A stretch of DNA of 64,000 nucleotides from Octopus sinensis (taxonomy: Eukaryota). The stretch's first letter is position 1; each line of letters begins with the position of its first letter. The position numbers and the translations under genes are program-made. Positions 1-12,275 of the stretch are shown one piece after another. Location of the stretch: the NCBI RefSeq assembly GCF_006345805.1, contig NC_042998.1, positions 35,092,001-35,156,000 on the forward strand, in the 5' to 3' direction. The notes beneath the pieces were generated by a model that ran no database searches, was not told the DNA's origin, and was given only the letters and a program-made list of their open reading frames with translations.

Positions 1-254
1 TGTTTTCTTTCTCTCTGTCCCCCTTTCTCCGAACAAAAAAAAAACAACTTACTCTTCTTCTAGAGAAAGCAAAAAAACATCCGATTCATATAAATGAACA
101 ACGAAACGTTCTGTTTTTACTATTTTGATTTTGATTTTATCTTGATGAGTTCAAAAATGGAACGAAAGCGCTAATAAAGAATTATCCAAAATTCTGACTG
201 CTGCCGTTCTCTCTCTCTCTCTCTCTCTATCTATATATATATATATATATATAT

Positions 255-417
255 GCACGACAGGCTTCTTTCAGTTTCCGTCTACCAAATCCACTCGCGT
301 GAGTTTGGTCGGTCCAAGGCTATAGTAGAAGACACTTACCAAAGGTGACCACGCCATGGGATTGAAATGCGGAACAATTTGAGAAGCAAGCTTCTTACCA
401 CACAATAACGCCTGCGC
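255..417 (-). mobile_element. SINE family B, degenerate 5' half
   Basis: Reverse complement of the family-B head and body (acgacaggcttctttcagtttccgtctaccaaatccactc...cttaccacac) next to (TA)n. Confidence 0.8.
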
Positions 418-586
418 TCACAAATAACACACATAAGTTTTTCAATAATTTTAGATTAAGGATTACAGCGAAGACTACTCCTATTTCATTCAACTTCACG
501 TCCCCTGGGACTTTCATTTCTTTAGAATAAATAAAATTGATCGATTAATCTGTCAAAGACATAAGAAGCCATTTGCCCCCGGTATT

Positions 587-818
587 TATTTCTTTACTAC
601 CCACAAGGAGCAAAACATAGAGGGGACAAACAAGGACAGACAAAGGTATTAAGTCGATTATATCGAACCCAGTGCGTAACTGGTCCTTAATTTATCGACC
701 CCGAAAGGATGAAAGGCAAAGTCGACCTCGGCGGAATTTGAACTTAGAATGTAACGGCAGGCGAAGTATGGCTACGCATTTTGCCCAGCGTGCTAACGTT
801 TCTGCCAGCTCGCCGCCT
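587..818 (-). mobile_element. SINE family A (tRNA-derived), full length
   Basis: Reverse complement has a Pol III-like head (ggcggcgagctggcaga... B-box-like agttcaaattcc), the central block catcctttcggggtcgataaattaag and tail ...aaagaaata. Probable TSD cccg(g/t)tattt. Confidence 0.9.
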
Positions 819-894
819 CCCGTTATTTATATATACATTGAAAGCAAGGTGAGAATTCTTTTGTAATGTCATTAGTTTACATTCTTTACACCTT

Positions 895-1232
895 GACGTA
901 GGTGTAGCTGTGTTGTGAGAAGTTTGCTTCCCAACTACATGGTTTCGGGTTCAATCCCATTGCGACGCACTTTGGACAGGTGTCTTCTACTATAGTTTCG
1001 GGACGACTAAAAAAAAGTGAGTTCATTTTGCTAGACGGAAACTGAAAGAAGCCCGTTATGTGTGTATGTGTGTGTGTCTTCATGTCTGTATTTGTCTTCC
1101 ACTACTGTTTAACAACCAGTGTTGGTGTGTTTCTGTCCCTGTAACTTAGCGGTTCAACAAAAATGTTCGATAGTATAAGTACCAACCTTAAAATTTTTTT
1201 TTTTAAACCGCGGTCGATTCATGGGCGTAGGC
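895..1232 (+). mobile_element. SINE family B, diverged
   Basis: Head, then ggacggaaactgaaagaagcccg, a (TG)n linker and the 3' half gtgtgtttctgtccctgtaacttagcggttc. Confidence 0.85.
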
Positions 1233-1566
1233 TAATGACGGACACAAATAAAAGATTAAATAACCACCCAACTTCTTCGTGCCCTTGTCCATGTTGAACT
1301 TTATCCTCAGTATTTTCATTTCAACGTTCACCAACACCTTCCTTCTTTCTTTCAATCCCCACATTTGAATGAGGGTTTCATTCTCTACCAGTTTTCACCA
1401 ACTACGGTTTTCTTTACAAAACATACATTTCAACTCCAGATTCGCTTTATTAGAAATTATTTAAGTTTTACGTATGTTTGCTCTAAAAAAGGGCAGTCTC
1501 AACCTTAAATATATGTGTGTAGTCACACACACACGCACTCACACATATGTTTATGATTGTACGTAA

Positions 1567-1639
<73 letters not shown>

Positions 1640-1647
1640 TATATATA

Positions 1648-1819
1648 TGCGGTAATTGCTTACAAAACATGTGGTTCCGGGTTCAGTCCCACTGCGTGGC
1701 ACCAAGAGCAAATGCCTTCAAATATAGCCTTGGGCTGACCAAAATTTGTGAGTGGATCTGGGTGACGGAAAATGAAAGAAGCCCGTCGTAATAAATATAT
1801 GTATAATATATGTATATAT

Positions 1820-1851
<32 letters not shown>

Positions 1852-2312
1852 GGTATATATAATATATATATATATATATCTATATATATATATATATATA
1901 TATAATATCACGTATGTATGTATATATATATATATATACATATATATACATAATATATATACATATATTTATATACGACGGCTTCTTTCATTTTCCGTCA
2001 CCCAGATCCACTCACATATATATATACATGTATGTATGTATATATCTATGTATGTATGTATGTATGTATGTATGTATGTATGTATGTATGTATATGTATA
2101 TACAAGTGTGTGTGCGTGCGTGTGTGTATCTGTGTTTGTCCACCCACCATCGCTTGAAACTGTTGGTGTGTTTACATCCCCGCAACTTAGTGGTTCGGCA
2201 AAATTGGTATAAGTACTAGGCTTAAAAAGAATAAGTCCTGGGGTCGATTTGTTCGACTAAATGCGGTGCTCCAGCATGGCCGCAGCCAAATGACTGAAAC
2301 AAAAGAATAAAA

Positions 2313-2315
<3 letters not shown>
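1648..2315 (+). mobile_element. SINE family B with expanded internal microsatellite and internal inverted duplication
   Basis: 5' half 1648-1790; TA/TATG/TG linker about 340 bp; 3' half ending ccagcatggccgcagccaaatgactgaaacaaaag. Confidence 0.9.
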
Positions 2316-2371
<56 letters not shown>

Positions 2372-2448
2372 TGCATATGTGTATATATATATATACACAT
2401 ACATTTATTTATATTATAAATATATATATATAAATACATACGCATACA

Positions 2449-2486
<38 letters not shown>

Positions 2487-2489
<3 letters not shown>

Positions 2490-2649
2490 GGAGGAAACAC
2501 ATAAATGTGAAACAAGTTGGAAAAAAGAGTACTCAAATACCAGTGGTAGAGTAATATGCTTTATTGAAAGCTAGCAAAAACTGTCCGATGAACGGCAACG
2601 GGAAACTCAGAGTAACAGGTTTTGTTGAATTTTCTTGGCTTAAATAAAA

Positions 2650-2650
<1 letters not shown>
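2487..2650 (+). mobile_element. Short PLE-terminus-like unit in (TA)n carrying a hammerhead-like motif
   Basis: About 165 bp between two (TA)n tracts; ctgt-CCGATGA-acggcaacgg-GAAA-ctcagag-TA-acag at 2581-2618, then aataaa. Confidence 0.55.
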
Positions 2651-2708
<58 letters not shown>

Positions 2709-2796
2709 AAACGAAAAGAAATTCTATGTAGAGAGCACCTAGTTAACTTCTGATAACCCTGCTAATACATATGTATATATATACGTATTATGTATG

Positions 2797-2835
<39 letters not shown>

Positions 2836-2977
2836 GAGTAATATATATATATACCTACATACATAATACATAATATATAATATATATATAATATTATATA
2901 TATATGTGTGTGTGTATGTATTAGCAGGGTTATCAGGAGTTAACTAGGTGCTCTCTACATAGAATTTCTTTTCGTTT
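2709..2977. repeat. Inverted repeat, 63-bp arms around a TA/CATA spacer
   Basis: 2709-2771 is the reverse complement of 2915-2977 with one mismatch. Confidence 0.95.
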
Positions 2978-3407
2978 TCGTTATAATAAAATACTTGTTA
3001 TACGTTGTTGTGTGATTATTTTGAGTTTAAATATTTTTGCATAAACTTCTCATTTTAACGCAAGTAGAATATTTTTCAGGCTTCTATGGTACATGAAGCC
3101 GTGTTAGTTCGTAATTTTAATTTCCTGGATATAAAACAAAACAATTTTCGATTTATTCTACTCTTCATATATTAATGCAGCTCTAAACTGATATACGAAA
3201 ATTTGGGGGAGATTTTCAAATTTATATTATTGAGTAGCGAATGAAAATAAATTTGGGAGAATGTTACAGACGGGCTACTCCCAAATTGAAACCGTATTTC
3301 TCCTTAATATGAATCTTGACAGACTAATGCATGTATAAGATGTAAACCGAAAGACTATTTGGTTATTTATGTACATAGAGTTCTAGACAGTTTTATTATC
3401 ACCGCTA

Positions 3408-3522
3408 TACATACATACATACATACATACATACATAAATACATACATACATACATACATACATGCATACATACGTACGGATGTACGTACATACATACAT
3501 ACATACATACGTTCATGCATAC

Positions 3523-3553
<31 letters not shown>

Positions 3554-4026
3554 CATACATACATACATACATACATACGTACATACATACATACATACAT
3601 GCATGCATGCATGCATACATACATGCATGCATGCATACATACATACATACATACATATATACATACATACATACGTATATATATACATACATGCATGCAT
3701 GCAGCATACATACATACATACATATATACATACATACATATATACATACATACATACATACATACATACATACATACATAGGACATATATACATACATGC
3801 ATGCATGCATGCATACATACATACATACATACATACATACATGCATACATACATACATACGTGCATATATACATACATACATGCATACATACATGCATGC
3901 ATGCATACATACATGCATGCATTAATTCATGCATGCATGCATACATACATACATACATACATACATACATACATACATACATACATACATACATACATAC
4001 ATACATACATACATACATACATACAC
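3408..4026. repeat. Compound (CATA)n/(CATG)n microsatellite
   Basis: About 620 bp of tetranucleotide repeat; source of the HTYI/MYVC pseudo-ORFs. Confidence 0.98.
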
Positions 4027-4237
4027 GATGGCTGCCCCCTCGTTATTGAGTATGGTCATTGCACGAAGCTTAACTGTTATTGGTGCTGTGATCGAACATG
4101 ACTTTTTATCCCAGCTAAAGATCTACAACGTCTTGTACAGAATTGGCAGAAAAAACCTTACCGGTAATAGCCGACTGTAGTTGTAACTGGGCTTTATGTA
4201 CCTTTGCATGTCATACATACATACATACATACATACA

Positions 4238-4271
<34 letters not shown>

Positions 4272-4545
4272 CACGATGGCTGCCCCCTCGTTATTGAGTA
4301 TGGTCATTGCACGAAGCTTAACTGTTATTGGTGCTGTGATCGAACATGACTTTTTATCCCAGCTAAAGATCTACAATGTCTTGTACAGAATTGGCAGCTA
4401 AAACCTTTACCGGTAATAGCCGACTGTAGTTGTAACTGGGCTTCATGTACCTTTGCATGTCATACATACATACATACATACATACATACATACATACATA
4501 CATACATACATACATACATACATACATACTTACATACATGCATAC
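4027..4545. repeat. Tandem duplication (period about 248 bp): 185-bp unique core plus (CATA)n
   Basis: gatggctgccccctcg...ctttgcatgt at 4027-4210 and 4275-4460, near identical. Confidence 0.95.
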
Positions 4546-5287
4546 ATCCATGCTGGGATATGTAACACCGCCTAAAAACCAGTGTTGAGAAATTAGATTT
4601 CTTAAAGCCAGAAAGATGAAATCTAGTTCAAAAACTACAGATCCGAGCCAACACTCGAACTATAAAAATCTGTAAAACTTTCCAGACGTTTATCGTTTAA
4701 GCGTATATGAGCTTGACCAGGCATGCAACTATATGCATGAGAATACATGCATAAAACAAAACATTTAAATCTGCACGCACACATGCATATAAAGGTACCC
4801 TGTTGATGTTGTTGAAATTCCAATGAAGGAGCTTTGGATCTAGGTTAGAAACCGGTTCTCTCCTTATTACCAAGAAATCTTGAAATAAAACTGAATAATG
4901 GCATGCATACCCACATATATATCGTTTACACGCACGCACACTTATATATATATATGTGTGTGTGTGTTCGTGTGTGTATGTTGGTGTGTGTGTGTGTGTT
5001 GTGTGTGTGTGGTGTGTGTGTGTGTGTGTGTTGGTGTGTGTGTGTGTGTGTGTGTATGTGTAATCTTCAGATAGCTGATTCGATTTCGTTTCTCCTCCCT
5101 CTGAAATATATTGTATTTTTGAAACCAATACGAATATAAAGGGATTTTTCCTGATTGAAACCGCAGCCCTTGACATTTCAACTACTCATATTTCTTGAAT
5201 ATGTTGTATTGAAAGAGATTCTATTATAAAATTGCTTCCATTGTATAATTCAAATACATACATACACACATATATATATAGTTAATC

Positions 5288-5470
5288 TAAACATAAACAA
5301 AGAGAAAACACAACAACGCGAGGACGTGGAACAAGTATAGTGTTATTGGATGCTCAGGAAAGGAAAAAAAGGAGGATTTAGCGTTTCGAGCGGAGCTCTT
5401 CGTCAGAAACATAGAAAAAGGAAAGGTGTAAGGAAGGGAAGACGGAAAAAGAAAATCACCAACGATACAC
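5288..5470 (-). mobile_element. Short PLE-terminus-like unit with minimal hammerhead motif
   Basis: Minus strand reads atgttt-CTGACGA-a-GAGC-tcc-GCTC-GAAA-cgc-TA-aat (5376-5412); flanked by (TA)n. Confidence 0.65.
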
Positions 5471-5624
5471 ACGCTATATCTCTTATATATATATAAAGAG
5501 AGAGAGAGAGAGAGAGGAAGACATAGATGGATTGATGTATATGTGTGTATATGTGTGTGTGTTTAAATTTAATCTTACATCAATATTCATGTGTGTGTGT
5601 GTATGTATACATAAAAATAATAAG

Positions 5625-5670
5625 ATAGATAGATAGATAGATATATAGATAGACAGATAGACAGATAGAC

Positions 5671-5759
<89 letters not shown>

Positions 5760-5760
5760 C
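5625..5760. repeat. (GATA)n/(GACA)n microsatellite
   Basis: Direct reading. Confidence 0.98.
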
Positions 5761-6104
5761 CTGTGTACAGATATAAATATATTATACACACACGCACACA
5801 CATTTGTGAAGCGGTTGGTGTTGCCTGGGAGCCGTATATGTAGAAATCCCCCTTTTGTTAAGTTAAATGGCCTAAATTGTAACAAACCTTGATATTTTAC
5901 TGTTTTCCGTTTGCTATTGTGATTCAGATACATGTTTGAAGTTGATTCTATCACACTTGTATGATGTGTGAGGCTATTGAGCCTATGTTTACTGACAATA
6001 TTCATTTTGTGGTTTCCGAAATCTCTATGCTAGTGTTGTACTTTGTATATTTTCGAGCAAAAGAAAATTTATATTATCCAACCCATAAATAAAAGCAATT
6101 CGTG

Positions 6105-6495
6105 TGGTAAGTAGCTTGCTAACCAACCACATGGTTCTGGGTTCAGTCCCACTGCGTGGCATTTTGGGCAAGTGTCTTCTGCTATAGCCCCGGGCCGACC
6201 AATGCCTTGTGAGTGGATTTGGTAGACGGAAACTGGAAGAAGCCTGTCGTATATATGTATATATATATATATATATGTGTATGTATGTCTGTGTTTGTCC
6301 CCCTAGAGTTGCTTGACAACCGATGCTGGTGTGTTTATGTCCTCGTTACTTAGCGGTTCGGCAAAAAGAGACCAATAAAATAAGTACTGGGCTTACAAAA
6401 GAATAAGTCCCAGGGTTGAGTTGCTCGATTAAAGACGGTGCTCCAGCATGGCCGCAGTCAAATGACTGAAACAAGTAAAAGAATAAAAGAATAAA
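6105..6495 (+). mobile_element. SINE family B, near full length
   Basis: gtggtaagtagcttgct...ttgggcaagtgtcttc...(TA)n...cagtcaaatgactgaaacaagtaaaagaataaaaga. Confidence 0.92.
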
Positions 6496-6724
6496 ATACA
6501 CAAATGCTTTACTGAGTAAAGTCACTGGAATAATATCACAAGTTTCAAATACAGAGTTCTTTGAGGCATCACCAGAGAACAACCCTATGACTCTAATGTG
6601 TATGTTAGTTTTTCCTCTGAAATATTCTAAGATGCAGTAGAGTGACTCAAATTCAGCTGAGAGATCGTGCAGTCATCTCATTCTTTCAACTAGACCCGCA
6701 TCAGAGTCTCTGGTTTTCTAGCGT

Positions 6725-6950
6725 GTCCAGAAAATTCGCCGTTAACATTTTTGTCATGGGAAAATTCGCCGTAGGAAATTTTACCGTAAAGGAGACACAC
6801 AAGTAGACTATAAACTCGATAACTCGTTTTAAAGAAATTACCTTTCTCTAATTGGCAGGTGAGTTAATGAAGTTGCCATTTTAAGACATCAGCTAAGCTT
6901 TTCTTTTTTGCAATTTAATTTTTTCTTTTGCGGCAGCGAATTTTCCAATA
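6725..6950. mobile_element. Possible MITE with inverted subterminal motifs
   Basis: aaaattcgccgt repeated on the left; inverted cgaattttcc on the right; no TSD identified. Confidence 0.3.
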
Positions 6951-7840
6951 ACCACTTCCCAAACCCTTTGCCTAAATTTTTACCCAGGTCCAACACTGTA
7001 CGCGAGTATGAATGGAAGTTAAAATGAATAATGAAAAGTTCTGCCACGTGTGAACAAAGTTGAGGCAAATCCACTCGTGGCACCTCAGTGGTAATCTAAT
7101 TCAGCGAAAGAATTTTTGCCAAAATTAGACAAAAAATGTTTCACCTATTCCTTGAAAAGATTAAATGGAGTTTATTCCTCAACAGTAGGTTGTCACAAAT
7201 TGTTTCACCCTTGTATAATCTCTTATTTACATTTATGATGGTAGGCGCACTTTTCAGGTTTCCAGATGTACTAAGTGGTTGTCTTCCACCTAAGAATAGT
7301 AGCTACACTTCACACTGCAGTTGGTAGGCTACACTGTTCCCTTGGCGATCAATCCAACCATGGACTGTAGAGCATTTTCGAAGACTATCAATGCCTAGTC
7401 GTATATGACAAATGTAATCTCGAAGTATTTGCTTTGATACAGTATGTCGCAATTATGTTGTTCCGTTGATTATGTGAAAGCTGTTGAAAACTAAAATAAG
7501 AAAACAACTAAATATAATAACAAAGTAGCCCCTCATTTGCTTTGGAGGATGAATGGTTGCAGCCACCTTCATAGTGCTGTTCCTGCCTACATCATCTTTC
7601 TAGCGGCATTTTCTCTTGCAAGCTTCGGTGTAAGATGTAGAAGTTTATCAAGGAACTGTTTCGGATGCCGAGAATGAAGTTGGAATATAAACCTCACGCA
7701 TACATGTCTCTGATACCATGGTCAATTGCTTCACGATCAAATTTATATTTATTGATATCAAATTGCGCATAATTAATGTAATCTACCAGTATTTGTAACA
7801 ATAACGGGAGGTTTAGACGTATATATTGTCTAAAATATAT

Positions 7841-7883
<43 letters not shown>

Positions 7884-8340
7884 CATACCATTGTAATTTG
7901 TTTACGCAAAATGCCTTCGGGTGCACTCGTAAAAAATTCCTATGTTACATGTTGCTTGCTACCGCTTATTATTCACAATTCCCCCGAGTGATCGCATGGG
8001 ATTGTTATGTATGCGGCACTCCGTATAGCGTAGGATAAATATATTAATAAAAAGAAATTTTTCAAATGGAAAATTTTATATTTTATTAATGCATTGCTAC
8101 GCATGTTTCTGCATGGCACGTGTTTGTTTCTGACTACATTCTCACGTCCGTCGGATATTATTACATATTTATAGTATCTATGGATTCCCTTAAGATTCAT
8201 AGATATTATAAATAATATTTCATAATATCCTGTCGATGTGAGAATCTAGTCATTAACAAATACGTGACATGCAGAAACATATAGCAATGCATTAATAAAA
8301 TATAAAAAGCTTCCATCCGAAAAATTTCACGTTATAAAAA

Positions 8341-8376
<36 letters not shown>

Positions 8377-8569
8377 TGTATGTATGTATGTATGTATGTA
8401 TGTATGTATGTATGTATGTATGTATGTATGTATGTATGTATGTATGTATGCATGCATGTATATGATATATCCCCTTATATATATATATATTATATATATA
8501 TATATATGTGTGTGTGTGTGGGTGTGTATACTATAGTAGAAAGCACTTGCCCAGTGTGTGTGTATGTGC

Positions 8570-8782
8570 ATCTTTTATCCTTTATCTTCACTTGTTTCTG
8601 TCATTAGACTGCGGCCATGCTGGGACACCACCTTGAAGAATTTTTAGTCGAATGTATCGAACCCAATACCTTTTTTTCTTCAAGTCTGGTACTTATTTTA
8701 TTGGTCTCTGTTGCCAAACAGCCAAATTATGGGGATGGAACAAACTAACACCGATGCTCAAGCGGTAGAAGGAGACAAACAT

Positions 8783-8827
<45 letters not shown>

Positions 8828-9292
8828 TGCAAACGCACACGCACACGCACACACACACGCATATATATATATATATATATATTTCCTTATCACCCACAAG
8901 GGGCTAAACATAGAGGGGACAAACAAGGACAGATAAACGGATTAAGTCAATTACATCGACCCCAGTGCGTAACTGGTACTTAATTTATCTACCCCGAAGG
9001 GATGAAAGGCAAAGTCGACCCTCGGCGCGATTTGAACTCAGAACGTAACGGCAGACGAAATACGGCTACGCATTTCGCCCGGCGTGCTACCGTTTCTGCC
9101 AGCTCGCCGCATATATATATATATATAAACGACGCGCTTCTTTCAGTTTCCGTCTAGTATATCCACTGTAAGGGCCTTGGTCAGCCGGAGGCTTTAGAAG
9201 AAGACACCTGCCCAAGGTGCCACACAGTGACACTGAACCTAGAACCATGTAGCTGTGAAGCAAGCGTATTACCACATAGCAAGGCATGCGCC
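8570..9292 (-). mobile_element. SINE family B interrupted by a family-A SINE in its internal microsatellite
   Basis: 3' half 8570-8780, CA/TA linker, nested element, 5' half 9128-9292. Confidence 0.85.
8880..9110 (-). mobile_element. SINE family A nested in (TA)n
   Basis: Full family-A sequence ending gccagctcgccgc, with (TA)n on both sides. Confidence 0.92.
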
Positions 9293-9401
9293 GATAAAAA
9301 TTGTGGAACAGACTAAATCGATTTTCAAATCAGAGGAATCTACATCAACGCGCGCGCGCACACACACACGATCACACACACGCATACATATATACATACA
9401 T

Positions 9402-9512
<111 letters not shown>

Positions 9513-10516
9513 CAAGCATACATACATATATATTATATTTATTTATATTTGTATGTAGGTAGGTATGTGAGTTCGATTATTTATTAGCTATAATAAAAAA
9601 TGATTGATATAGTTTTTAAATATAATTTATACAGATGCGTGTGTGTATGTCTTTGTAATCATCTGTGTATCGATGTACAACTTAAAAGAACAGACTGAAA
9701 CAAAAACAACAACAAATATAATTACAAGAGTCAAACGCGCAATGCAGTACTTGCTGAAAAATTTAAAGAGTGAAGTGGTTCTCTAGCATTGCTGCATCTA
9801 TATAGCAGAAGCTAATAAATGAACAATAATAATAGAATATTGAAAATATCATTGAAGAATTATTTCAATTCCATTGCAATGGTAAGGTTTGAATACAGGC
9901 CTTACGGCAGCTTCTTCCTCTGAATGCGAAAAATACAAAGCAGTTTTCCCAATGTGGGATGGGATTGATATGAACGAACGATTTAAGAACTACTTGGATG
10001 TGAAAGGATGATTTGGCGCTCAGGTGATTTGGAAGAGAAACCTGGTATAAGATGATGAGAATTGCTTTAGAGTGAGATCAAGTAAAATGTGGACAATGGA
10101 GAAACTAACAGAGCAGAATATATGAAACTAAAGCTATAAAATTAATTTCATCAAATATAGAGAGAACCATGAAATATTATGAAGGGACGAAATGTTTTGC
10201 AATCAGTAAGAAATACGATTCGAACTGACAGCGCTTAGCAGTGATGTGCATAAATACAAACTCATTACCCGTTCGAATGTGCTTCAGGTATATTTGGACC
10301 CTTAAGAAAGTCGTAGAAAAATAGGTGTAAACACACGGGGTCAATTCCAAGCGCTCCTTAAGCAGAGAGTTGGATGCATGCATTTCGAAATGGTTATCTC
10401 TCCTCAGCAACAGATGCCGGAAAGCCGGAAAGCCAAAAAGGCAGATCATATTCAAACATACACTGTCACCTACACACAAACACGTATGAAGCCCGAACAA
10501 GATAGAAGACATCGAC

Positions 10517-10790
10517 GCGGCTGTGTCGTGAGAGCTTGCTCCCCAACTAGGTAACTGGCGAATCAGCCCCACTGTGTCACAGCCTATGTTTGTTTGTCCC
10601 CTACAACCGCTTGACAGCCGGTGTTGGTTTGTTTAACTCTTCGTATCCTAGCCGTTCGGCAAACTCAGACTGATATTTAAAATAAATACCAGGCTTAAAA
10701 ACATAAGTACTGGGAGCAATTTGTTCGACTAAAACTTTCAATGCAGTGCTGCAGCATGGCCGCTGTCCAATGACTGAAACAAAGTTAAAA
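10517..10790 (+). mobile_element. SINE family B, diverged with internal deletion
   Basis: gcggctgtgtcgtgagagcttgc head; 3' end gcagcatggccgctgtccaatgactgaaacaaag. Confidence 0.75.
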
Positions 10791-10793
10791 GAC

Positions 10794-10794
<1 letters not shown>

Positions 10795-10824
<30 letters not shown>

Positions 10825-11195
10825 TATCTATATGTGTGTGTATGTGTGTGTGTTTACATATGCATACATACATACATCCATATATATAGATATATAGATA
10901 TATATATATATACATACAAGAATATACATATACATTTATTAATATATATATATATATACATTTATAAAACCATACATATATATATATACATATATCATAC
11001 ATATACATTTATGTATATAAATATATTTATATACATATATGCATCCATGCATACATACACACATACATACATACATGCATACATACATACATACATACAT
11101 ACATACACACATTCACACATACACACACACATACATACATACATACATACATACATACATACATACATACATACATACATACATACTACATACAT
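10795..11195. repeat. Mixed TATG/TA/CATA microsatellite
   Basis: Direct reading. Confidence 0.95.
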
Positions 11196-11310
11196 ATAAA
11201 TTGATTGTCAGTAATTTTTAAATTCTACCCATTTTCGACCTCTTCTATTAGACGCGGTAAACAGCTGCCGGGGGCATCTATTTATCTGTCTATCTCTCTT
11301 TCTCTGTCCT

Positions 11311-11354
<44 letters not shown>

Positions 11355-11738
11355 CGTGCGTGCATGTGTGTAGGCTTTTAGTTTGCTTCAGCCATGACAA
11401 CTTAGGTCATGCCGAAGTACTACATTCATATTGGAGATTACGCCAACCCGGTTGTATTAGTGAATGTGTACATATATCACATTGTATCTAAACAGATACA
11501 TTTTCAAAGGAAACACTCACTAAATCAATACTCTGACGCATCATAAAAAATACATCATTCCACCACATTCTCATGAAAATACATGTTTAAATTTCTTTAT
11601 TTTTAAAAAATTTCAGTGGCATTAACATACAATGGTTTGAAAGTGATAAGTATCATATATCCACCCTCACAGCAGTTACTCACATCAATTTATTTGCAGG
11701 GTGCTCTTCAAAACATTTGTAAATAACGAAATAATGTG

Positions 11739-11742
<4 letters not shown>

Positions 11743-11799
<57 letters not shown>

Positions 11800-11862
11800 C
11801 ATCATCATCATCATTATTAATAATAATAATTATAATAATAATGATGATGATGATGATGATGA
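11743..11862. repeat. (TTA)n-(TCA)n-(TAA)n-(TGA)n compound microsatellite
   Basis: Direct reading. Confidence 0.95.
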
Positions 11863-12021
11863 TGAGTGGCTGTGTGGTAAGTAGCTTGTTTACCAACCAC
11901 ATGGTTCCGGGTCCAGTCCCACTGCGTGGCACCTTGGGCAAGTGTCTTCTAGTATAGCCTCGGGCTGACCAAAGCCTTGTGAGTGGATTTGGTAGACGGA
12001 AACTGAAAGAAGCCCGTCGTA

Positions 12022-12052
<31 letters not shown>

Positions 12053-12270
12053 GCGTGTGTGTGTTTGTGTGTCTGTGTTTGTCCCCCTAGCATTGCTTGA
12101 CAACCGATGCTGGTGTGTTTAATACCCCCGTTATTTAGCGGTTCGGCTGAAGAGACCGATAGAATAAGTACTGGGCTTACAAAAGAATAAGTCCCGGGGT
12201 CGAGTTGCTCGATTAAAGGCGGTGCTCCAGCATAGCCGCAGTCAAATGACTGAAACAAGTAAAAGAGTAA
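11863..12270 (+). mobile_element. SINE family B, full length
   Basis: gagtggctgtgtggtaagtagc head, B-box-like ggtccagtccc, ccttgggcaag motif, TA/TG linker, aaaagag tail. Confidence 0.95.
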
Positions 12271-12275
12271 GGAGA

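Noticed and set aside
3250-3287. 10-bp inverted repeat aatttgggag/ctcccaaatt
   Set aside because: It is short enough to occur by chance or as a MITE remnant, and has no functional context.
7826-8038. Frame ending MLLATAYYSQFPRVIAWDCYVCGTPYS, resembling a Ly6/three-finger start
   Set aside because: Only a CxxC motif is present; the donor is weak and no downstream exons with the expected cysteines were found.
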